5,934 nucleotides of DNA from a virus (Duplodnaviria > Heunggongvirae > Uroviricota > Caudoviricetes). The notes beneath the pieces were generated by a model. That model was given only the letters and a program-made list of their open reading frames with translations, did no database searches and had not been told where the DNA came from. Positions 1 to 5,209 of this stretch are shown one piece after another; the stretch's first letter is position 1; each line of letters starts with the position of its first letter. A program made the translations under genes and the position numbers. The stretch is taken from the IMG/VR virus record IMGVR_UViG_2526164609_000027; one strand, given 5' to 3'.

Positions 1-225
1 AACGCCCATAATGCGTGCAGTTGCCCGGCATCCAACGCCATTCATGGCCATATCAATAATTTTCTGGTGCGTACCGGGTTGAGAAGCGGTGTAAGTGAAC
101 TGCAGTTGCCATGTTTTACGGCAGTGAGAGCAGAGATAGCGCTGATGTCCGGCAGTGCTTTTGCCGTTACGCACCACCCCGTCAGTAGCTGAACAGGAGG
201 GACAGCTGATAGAAACAGAAGCCAC
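1..225 (-). CDS. insA: IS1 InsA (transposition inhibitor / N-terminal transposase part), 3'-truncated by window edge
   Basis: GTG start at 225-223 (minus). Reading frame translates without stops to [75 protein letters not shown], matching InsA as I recall it. The track ORF 42..254 (-) is the overlapping -1 frame, not the real gene. Confidence 0.85.
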   Translation of the reverse strand, partial: MASVSISCPSCSATDGVVRNGKSTAGHQRYLCSHCRKTWQLQFTYTASQPGTHQKIIDMAMNGVGCRATARIMGV

Positions 226-257
226 TGGAGCACCTCAAAAACACCATCATACACTAA

Positions 258-280
258 ATCAGTAAGTTGGCAGCATCACC
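258..280 (-). repeat. IS1 terminal inverted repeat (IRL, about 23 bp)
   Basis: Sequence ggtgatgctgccaacttactgat on the minus strand; this is the outermost IS1 end and marks the insertion junction at 280/281. Confidence 0.8.
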
Positions 281-517
281 AAGGCGAGCTTCATTTAACG
301 CCTTACGCAGTTGCAGAATTTCAGATTCCAGTTCAGCCACCGTGCGGGAACCAGGAGTACCGAGCCCTTTTCTGGCGGCGGTAACCCATTGTCCTAAAGT
401 GCCTTCAGGAAGGGATAATCGGGAAGCGCCTTCACTGATCGAAAGTTGATTTTCAAGAACCGTTCTGACAGCTTCGGCTTTGAACTCTTTAGAGTAACGT
501 TGGTTTTTTCTGCTCAT
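281..517 (-). pseudogene. IS3-family transposase OrfA (HTH + leucine-zipper part), truncated by IS1 insertion
   Basis: Translation MSRKNQRYSKEFKAEAVRTVLENQLSISEGASRLSLPEGTLGQWVTAARKGLGTPGSRTVAELESEILQLRKALNEARL has the HTH-then-heptad architecture of IS3-family OrfA. In the track ORF (254..517) the last 8 residues GDAANLLI and the stop are encoded by the IS1 terminal repeat, so the native ORF is cut at 280/281. Confidence 0.7.
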
Positions 518-571
518 TATTAGCTCCTTCTGATGCCATTCTATTTCAGGAAGGAGTGTCCGTTAAACTCA
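281..571 (-). mobile_element. IS3-family insertion sequence remnant (outer end plus 5' part of orfA), interrupted by IS1
   Basis: orfA-like ORF preceded on the minus strand by a leader beginning TGAGTTTAACGGACAC..., with an AAGGAG RBS 7 nt before the ATG. The TGA-initial terminus is typical of IS3-family IRs; boundary at 571 is inferred, not verified. Confidence 0.5.
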
Positions 572-802
572 GGCTACCTCACTGTTCGCGTTGCTGTTGT
601 GGCCGACGTTTGTGGTGTCAGCCAAAGAGCAATCTATAAATGGATGGATAACGGAAAATTGCCTCGCACAGAATATACCGGCGAAACAAATTACGCTGAA
701 AAAATCGCTCTTGCATCAAACGGATTATTTTCTGCCGATGCAATTTTAACTATTGGCAGGAATAAAACTACTACGAAAAAGCTGATGGGAGTTGATTCAT
801 GA
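533..802 (+). CDS. Cro/CI-type HTH DNA-binding protein (YdaS-like, Cro-like); start uncertain, 5' end possibly disrupted
   Basis: 89-aa ORF containing an HTH-like segment VADVCGVSQRAIYKWMDNGKLP, immediately upstream of and overlapping (ATGA) the YdaT-like gene, as in the Rac ydaS-ydaT arrangement. The ATG at 533 lies inside the predicted IS3-family terminus and has no SD; in-frame alternatives are GTG 599 and ATG 644, neither with a good SD. Confidence 0.5.
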   Translation: MPFYFRKECPLNSGYLTVRVAVVADVCGVSQRAIYKWMDNGKLPRTEYTGETNYAEKIALASNGLFSADAILTIGRNKTTTKKLMGVDS

Positions 803-1224
803 AAATCAAGCATGAACACATCCGCATGGCGATGAATGCCTGGGCGCATCCGGACGGCGAAAAAGTACCGGCTGCGAAAATTACCAAATCGTATTTCGAG
901 CTGGGAATGACGTTCCCGGAACTGTATGACGACAGCCATCCGGAAGCCCTGGCTCGCAATACTCAGAAAATTTTCCGCTGGGTGGAGAAAGACACCCCTG
1001 ATGCGCTTAAAAAAATTCAGGCGTTGTTACCAGCTATCGAAAAAGCAATGCCACCTCTGCTGGTGGCCCGAATGCGCAGCCATAGCTCAGCCTATTTTCG
1101 GGAACTAGTGGAGACGCGGGAACGACTGGTGAGAGACGCTGATGATTTTGTCGCAGTGGCGATCGCTGGTTTCAACCAGATGAATCGTGGTGGCCCTGCA
1201 GGAAATATTGTGGCTGTGCATTGA
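799..1224 (+). CDS. ydaT: YdaT-like protein (CII-like regulator family of Rac-type prophages)
   Basis: 141 aa, begins MKIKHEHI and ends ...GNIVAVH, matching in length and at both termini my recollection of E. coli Rac YdaT (about 140 aa). Start ATG 799 overlaps the upstream stop (ATGA); GGGAG lies 8-12 nt upstream. Confidence 0.8.
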   Translation: MKIKHEHIRMAMNAWAHPDGEKVPAAKITKSYFELGMTFPELYDDSHPEALARNTQKIFRWVEKDTPDALKKIQALLPAIEKAMPPLLVARMRSHSSAYFRELVETRERLVRDADDFVAVAIAGFNQMNRGGPAGNIVAVH

Positions 1225-1295
1225 CTCGCAATATTCATACCGGATCACTTCCGGCAATTTGTGAGTAAAAAGATTCGGTATCAAAAGAGGTGAGT

Positions 1296-2366
1296 ATGGC
1301 TAACGCCTGGCTCAGATTATGGCATGACATGCCAAATGACCCTAAGTGGCGAACAATTGCCAGGGTGTCAGGGCAGCCAATTGCAACAGTGATGGCAGTG
1401 TATATCCACCTCCTGGTGAGCGCGTCACGAAATGTCACGCGAGGTCACATTGATGTCACGACAGAAGATTTGGCAAGTGCGCTCGACGTGACAGAAGAGG
1501 TAATTGATTCAATTTTGCAGACGATGCAGGGGCGGGTACTTGATGGTGATTTAATCACTGGATGGGAAAAACGCCAGGTGCTGAAAGAGGACAACGGCAA
1601 TATTCCGCAAACCGCAAAATCTCCTGCAGAGCGCAAGAGGGCGCAGCGAGAGAGGGAAAGAAAGCGGGAACAAAATGGCGATTGTCACGGCGCGTCACGA
1701 TATGTCACGCACATGTCACGACGAGTCACGACAGATAAAGATACAGATAAAGATACAGATCAAGAAGATCAAAACACTATGGTCCATGGCGTAAAAAACG
1801 CCACGAACCAGGCAGGGGATGTTCAGACCGTCAATCCTGGTCAGCCAGCAGGCACGACACCGGAAGCCGATTCAGCGTATGCGCTGAAAGCCGATTCGGG
1901 CGCTGTGCAGCAGGTGATGACCGCAAGTCCGGAGCAATCACACCAACTGCAGCAGCCTGAAGCCGATTCCGCCATTCAGCGGGAAGCCGATCGGGTAGTC
2001 CCGGAAAACACCGGGCAGTCTGTGGGACGAGTGGATTATCCGGATGTGTTCGAACAGGTCTGGCGGGAGTACCCGTTGCGTGCCGGGGCAAACCCGAAGA
2101 AATCCGCTTTCAGTGCCTGGAAGGCCAGATTACGCGAGGGGGTGCCACCAGAGGCCATGCTGGATGGCGTGAGGCGTTACGCAAGATACCTGGCGGCTAC
2201 CGGGAAAACGGGAACGGAATTTGTTCAGCGAGCGACGACGTTTTTTGGACCGGACCGGAATTTTGAGAACCCCTGGTTGCTCCCGGTAAGCGGCACGAAC
2301 AACCAGCGTTGTGTGAATCATATTTCTGAACCGGATAGCGAAATTCCGCCGGGCTTCAGGGGGTAA
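1296..2366 (+). CDS. Phage replication initiation protein with DnaT-like (primosomal protein I-like) C-terminal domain
   Basis: Long ORF directly after the cro/cII-like pair. Likely start is ATG 1296 (MANAWLRLWHDMPNDPKWRTIARVSG...) with AAGAGG SD at 1284-1289; the track's GTG 1290 abuts the SD. The C-terminus ...NHISEPDSEIPPGFRG closely resembles the C-terminal tail of E. coli DnaT as I recall it (...SEPDSQIPPGFRG). An acidic low-complexity linker (DKDTDKDTDQEDQ) sits mid-protein. Confidence 0.85.
   Translation: MANAWLRLWHDMPNDPKWRTIARVSGQPIATVMAVYIHLLVSASRNVTRGHIDVTTEDLASALDVTEEVIDSILQTMQGRVLDGDLITGWEKRQVLKEDNGNIPQTAKSPAERKRAQRERERKREQNGDCHGASRYVTHMSRRVTTDKDTDKDTDQEDQNTMVHGVKNATNQAGDVQTVNPGQPAGTTPEADSAYALKADSGAVQQVMTASPEQSHQLQQPEADSAIQREADRVVPENTGQSVGRVDYPDVFEQVWREYPLRAGANPKKSAFSAWKARLREGVPPEAMLDGVRRYARYLAATGKTGTEFVQRATTFFGPDRNFENPWLLPVSGTNNQRCVNHISEPDSEIPPGFRG
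1421..1460. repeat. Iteron cluster 1: four direct GTCAC(G/A) repeats at 10-11 bp spacing (putative initiator binding sites)
   Basis: GTCACG at 1424, 1434, 1455 and GTCACA at 1444; an inverted copy CGTGAC at 1487-1492. Lies within the N-terminal coding part of the replication gene. Confidence 0.6.
1681..1730. repeat. Iteron cluster 2: five direct GTCACG repeats at 10-11 bp spacing (putative ori core)
   Basis: GTCACG at 1684, 1694, 1704, 1715, 1725. The hexamer falls in all three codon phases, so the repeat is at the DNA level rather than a peptide repeat. The cluster resembles cluster 1 over about 45 bp (both end gtcacgacaga). Confidence 0.65.
1731..1770. repeat. Tandem 12-bp repeat (acagataaagat x2 plus a degenerate third copy) with two GATC sites, directly after iteron cluster 2
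   Basis: acagataaagat at 1731-1742 and 1743-1754, then acagatcaagaagatc; GATC at 1758-1761 and 1767-1770. Encodes the acidic DKDTDKDTDQEDQ linker. Flagged as A-rich by eye, not computed. Confidence 0.55.
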
Positions 2367-2386
2367 GTGTTAATTTCTGGTCATGA

Positions 2387-2402
2387 GGTAATTTTCAGGA
2401 GG
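2387..2402 (+). promoter_or_regulatory. Conserved translation-initiation motif GGTAATTTTCAGGAGG (SD-containing), copy 1
   Basis: Exact 16-mer shared with 2803-2818; AGGAGG ends 4 nt before GTG 2407. Confidence 0.55.
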
Positions 2403-2406
2403 GCTT

Positions 2407-2829
2407 GTGGCAAAAGTTTTTACACAAGAAGAGCGGGAAAAAATTAAAGGGCAGGTTCTTGAACTCGTACGCCAGAGTGGGCGCGAGACGTTACGACAAC
2501 TGGAAGCTAAAACTGGGGCAACAAGATATCTGATGAGCGTTCTGGCCAGAGAGCTGGTTGCCAGTGGCGATGTATACAACTCTGGTTACGGGTTATTCCC
2601 GTCTGAACAGGCGCGTAAGGACTGGCAAAATGCCCGTAAAAAGCTCTCAAGGGCAAAGCTGAAGAAACCATCTGCGGTTGATCCGGACCTTATCTGGTCA
2701 TTACCTGACGGAGAAATACGTCGCTACGACAGTCGCCTAAACATAATCTGTCGCGAGTGCCGGAAGAGCGAAGTTATGCAGCGCATATTGTCGTTTTATC
2801 AGGGTAATTTTCAGGAGGTGATGGCGTGA
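2407..2829 (+). CDS. Hypothetical protein, possibly winged-helix-like DNA-binding N-terminus (function unknown)
   Basis: 140-aa ORF with GTG start 2407 preceded by AGGAGG at 2397-2402. The N-terminal segment LELVRQSGRETLRQLEAKTGATRYLMSVLARELVASGDV looks winged-helix-like by eye; a basic central stretch (RKKLSRAKLKK) follows. No family recognised. Confidence 0.65.
   Translation: MAKVFTQEEREKIKGQVLELVRQSGRETLRQLEAKTGATRYLMSVLARELVASGDVYNSGYGLFPSEQARKDWQNARKKLSRAKLKKPSAVDPDLIWSLPDGEIRRYDSRLNIICRECRKSEVMQRILSFYQGNFQEVMA
2803..2818 (+). promoter_or_regulatory. Conserved translation-initiation motif GGTAATTTTCAGGAGG, copy 2 (inside the 3' end of the upstream gene)
   Basis: Identical 16-mer to 2387-2402; AGGAGG at 2813-2818 is 7 nt upstream of GTG 2826. 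Confidence 0.55.
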
Positions 2830-3131
2830 GGGTGAGAGTCTATATCGCCGGTCCAATGACCGGGTATAAAAATTTCAACCGTGAGGCGTTTCACAATGCG
2901 GAAGAGGAACTGAAACGGGAAGGGCATACCGTCTTAAACCCGGCAGTACTTCCGGACGGGCTGACACAGCCGCAGTACATGGATATCTGCATGGCGATGA
3001 TTCGTTGTGTGGATGCGATTTACATGCTGAAAGGCTGGCAGCGGTCAGCAGGCGCTAAGGCAGAACTGGCGCTGGCGGAGAAACTGGGGCATGCGGTGAT
3101 TTTTCAGGAGACAGCCAGTGTGCAAGACTAA
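2826..3131 (+). CDS. DUF4406-family protein (nucleoside 2-deoxyribosyltransferase-like Rossmann fold)
   Basis: 101-aa ORF with N-terminus VYIAGPMTGY...F and a C-terminal motif GWQRSAGAKAELALAEKLGHAV, recognised by eye as the DUF4406 / NDT-like pattern with a conserved Glu. GTG start 2826 overlaps the upstream stop (GTGA); GTG 2832 is an alternative. Confidence 0.75.
   Translation: MRVRVYIAGPMTGYKNFNREAFHNAEEELKREGHTVLNPAVLPDGLTQPQYMDICMAMIRCVDAIYMLKGWQRSAGAKAELALAEKLGHAVIFQETASVQD
3098..3110 (+). promoter_or_regulatory. Conserved translation-initiation motif GATTTTTCAGGAG, copy 3 (inside the 3' end of the upstream gene)
   Basis: Shares the core TTTTCAGGAG with the two 16-mer copies; AGGAG at 3106-3110 is 7 nt upstream of GTG 3118. 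Confidence 0.5.
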
Positions 3132-3573
3132 TTACCAGGCATTACGTGAACGTTATTCACCAATTCAGGTGCCGGAATGTCCTGTTTGTGGCGATGAAAT
3201 GTCGATACAGCGCATATTTTCCAGAACGCATATTGTGTATGCCTGCACAGGTGAGGGGGATGATGGATATTTTAAAACTGGTCGAACTTTTGCGGATGAG
3301 CATTACCTGAAATCGCGCGTAACCGTCGTTGATGTTAGCGATCCTGACGTACTGGCTTTACTGAAAGAGCTGGAAGTTAAAGACAAACGCATTGCAGAAT
3401 TGACAGATGCGCTTACACAAATGATTAATGCGCACAAAACCACAATTCGTTTTGGTCATGAACGCATAACTGAATGTGGTGGTGATTGCGACTCGCCGGA
3501 AAAGATGATTTCAGAAAATCCGGATATCAGAATGGCAGAGGCTGTTTTGAGAGCAGGAATAAAAACTGAATAA
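3118..3573 (+). CDS. Hypothetical Cys-rich protein (putative zinc ribbon plus coiled-coil segment), function unknown
   Basis: 151-aa ORF with GTG start 3118 overlapping the previous gene by 14 nt. Contains CPVCGDEM...(16 aa)...C and ECGGDC motifs and a heptad-like stretch LALLKELEVKDKRIAELTDALTQMI. Alternative starts GTG 3166 and ATG 3199 lack a good SD. Stop at 3571-3573, 12 bp before the IS66-family end. Confidence 0.6.
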   Translation: MCKTNYQALRERYSPIQVPECPVCGDEMSIQRIFSRTHIVYACTGEGDDGYFKTGRTFADEHYLKSRVTVVDVSDPDVLALLKELEVKDKRIAELTDALTQMINAHKTTIRFGHERITECGGDCDSPEKMISENPDIRMAEAVLRAGIKTE

Positions 3574-3622
3574 TTAAATTTAGCAGTAAGCGTGTAGCAA
3601 GAACCGTATTGACGGGGATGTG

Positions 3623-5161
3623 TTATTCAGTCGGCAGTGCTACGCGCCAGGGGAGCAGTTCGCCGACCCGGTTTATCGGCCAGTCGGCTATGACGTCAAG
3701 TACATAGCGGAGGTAGCTTTCTGGCTCCACTCCGTTCAGTTTGCACGTCCCGATCAGGCTGTACAGCAGCGCTCCCCGCTCTCCTCCATGATCCGAACCG
3801 AAGAACAGGTAGTTTTTGCGGCCCAGACTGACCATCCGCAACGCATTTTCAGCGATGTTATTGTCCGCCTCAGCCCAGCCATCATCTGCATAGTACGTCA
3901 GCGCCGGCCACTGGTTCAGGGCGTATGCGAACGCTTTCGCCAGTTCTGAGTGTCGCGACAGGGTTTTCATCTTTTCACGCAGCCAGCTTTCCAGGGATTT
4001 CAGCAGCGGTTTCGTTTTCAACTGACGTTCGGCAAGGCGCTGCTCCGCCGTCATTCCCCTTATCTCTGCCTCGATGGCGTACAGTTCGCCGATCCGTTTC
4101 AGCGCTTCCTCCGTCAGGGCTGACGGGGTGCGAACGTGCACATCGTGGATTTTACGGCGGGCGTGAGCCCAACAGGCGGCTTCCGTTATCCGGCCATCCC
4201 GGTACAGCTCGTTGAACCCGGCGTATGCATCCGCCTGCAGTACACCACTGAACCCCGCAAGATGGGTCTGCGGATGGATGCCTTTTCTGTCCGGGCTGTA
4301 AGCGAACCACACCGCCGGCGCCAGCGTTGACCCGGCGTTACGGTCGTCACGAACGTAGGTCCATAACCGCCCGGTCTTCGTTTTCTTATTGCCTGGCAAC
4401 AGCACCGGGACAGGCGTGTCATCAGCATGGAGCTTACCGTCAGTCAGCACATAGTCCTGAAGCGCTTCTTCCAGCGGTGACAGTAGCCGGCAGCATGCAT
4501 CCACCCAGCCCGACAGCAGTGAACGACTCAGCTCCACGCCCTGGCGGCCGTACATTTCAGACTGGCGGTACAGCGGGGTGTGCTCTGCATACTTTGAGAT
4601 CAGCACGCGGGCCAGCAGCCCCGGTCCTGCGATACCCCGCTCGATGGGCCGTGAAGGCGCGGGGGCCTGCACGATGGCATCGCACTGAGTACAGGCATGC
4701 TTTTCACGTACAGTCCGGATAACCCGGAAGACGCTGCGCATCAACTCCAGCTGTTCGGCGGCATCCTCACCCGGATAGCTCAGTGAGCCTCCACATTCCG
4801 GGCAGCATGACGCTGCCGGCAGCAGCCGTTTTTCATCGCGGGGGAGTGATTCGGGGAACGGTTTGCGGGTGCGGGTTTGACGCAGCGGGCGCTGCACGGC
4901 CGGGTCGTCAACCCGACCGGTAAGGGTATCACTTTCTTTCTGAAGTGCCTTCAGGTCAGCTTCCATCTGTGCGATACGACGGGAGACTTTTTCGGAGCGG
5001 CTGCCGAAGTTCATCCGGCGCAGCTTATCCAGCTGTGCCTGCAGATGGTCTATTTCGCGTTCACGCTCGTTCAGCTTTTCCAGCAGGGCACGGTTCAGCG
5101 CCTCCTGTTCGGCAAGGAGACGTTTCAGTGCATTGATATCGTCAGGAAGTGAGCTGCTCAT
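3623..5161 (-). CDS. tnpC: IS66-family transposase TnpC (DDE transposase with N-terminal coiled coil and zinc-binding motif)
   Basis: 512-aa ORF. N-terminal coiled-coil-like stretch ([26 protein letters not shown]...), CxxC...CxxC motif (CCPECGG ... CTQC), then a long catalytic region; size and architecture as in IS66 TnpC. Confidence 0.9.
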   Translation of the reverse strand: MSSSLPDDINALKRLLAEQEALNRALLEKLNEREREIDHLQAQLDKLRRMNFGSRSEKVSRRIAQMEADLKALQKESDTLTGRVDDPAVQRPLRQTRTRKPFPESLPRDEKRLLPAASCCPECGGSLSYPGEDAAEQLELMRSVFRVIRTVREKHACTQCDAIVQAPAPSRPIERGIAGPGLLARVLISKYAEHTPLYRQSEMYGRQGVELSRSLLSGWVDACCRLLSPLEEALQDYVLTDGKLHADDTPVPVLLPGNKKTKTGRLWTYVRDDRNAGSTLAPAVWFAYSPDRKGIHPQTHLAGFSGVLQADAYAGFNELYRDGRITEAACWAHARRKIHDVHVRTPSALTEEALKRIGELYAIEAEIRGMTAEQRLAERQLKTKPLLKSLESWLREKMKTLSRHSELAKAFAYALNQWPALTYYADDGWAEADNNIAENALRMVSLGRKNYLFFGSDHGGERGALLYSLIGTCKLNGVEPESYLRYVLDVIADWPINRVGELLPWRVALPTE

Positions 5162-5209
5162 ACCGGGTATATTACCAGGCTCATTCAGCGTCGACCAGGA
5201 TAAAGAGGC

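Larger units (their letters stand above)
1..280 (-). mobile_element. IS1 insertion sequence, left end (partial; element continues beyond window start)
   Basis: Reverse complement of 1-280 matches my recollection of the IS1 left end: terminal IR GGTGATGCTGCCAACTTACTGAT (plus-strand 258-280 reads atcagtaagttggcagcatcacc), followed by the insA start region GTGGCTTCTGTTTCTATCAGCTGTCCCTCC. Recognised from memory, not searched. Confidence 0.9.

Noticed and set aside
42-254. 70-aa ORF on the minus strand inside IS1
   Set aside because: It is the -1 frame overlapping the genuine insA frame (GTG start at 225); its peptide does not match InsA and it runs into the IS1 terminal repeat. Treated as a frame shadow.
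267-449. 60-aa plus-strand ORF antisense to the IS3-family orfA
   Set aside because: Lies entirely within and opposite a recognisable transposase OrfA reading frame; no RBS and no recognisable domain.
691-1108. Minus-strand ORFs 691..939 and 771..959 and plus-strand ORF 926..1108 overlapping the cro-like and YdaT-like genes
   Set aside because: Alternative-frame or antisense shadows of genes with recognisable products; no independent signals.
1240-1254. Short inverted repeat ccgga-tcact-tccgg between the YdaT-like gene and the replication gene (possible terminator, by analogy with lambda tR1)
   Set aside because: Only a 5-bp stem with no convincing downstream T-tract; too weak to call an intrinsic terminator from sequence alone.
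1235-1636. Minus-strand ORFs 1235..1438 and 1445..1636 antisense to the 5' part of the replication gene
   Set aside because: Antisense to a well-supported CDS and overlapping the iteron cluster; no SD and no recognisable family.
1421-1730. GTCACG repeat clusters as a possible CRISPR array
   Set aside because: The repeat unit is a 6-bp core at 10-11 bp spacing inside a coding sequence, far too short and irregular for CRISPR repeats and spacers; iterons are the better explanation.
1831-2321. Minus-strand ORFs 1831..2091 and 2130..2321
   Set aside because: Antisense to the C-terminal DnaT-like region of the replication gene, whose sense frame carries the recognisable homology.
2370-2579. Minus-strand ORF 2370..2579
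   Set aside because: Antisense to the 5' end of the 2407..2829 gene and its SD motif; Ser/Thr/Arg-rich low-complexity peptide typical of a spurious frame.
533-3573. Possibility that this is exactly the Rac prophage of E. coli K-12
   Set aside because: The YdaT-like gene matches my recollection of Rac YdaT in length and termini, but the Cro-like sequence and the downstream initiator and cassette do not match what I recall of ydaS, ydaU and ydaV. Assignment is limited to Rac-like lambdoid prophage; strain identity needs a database search.
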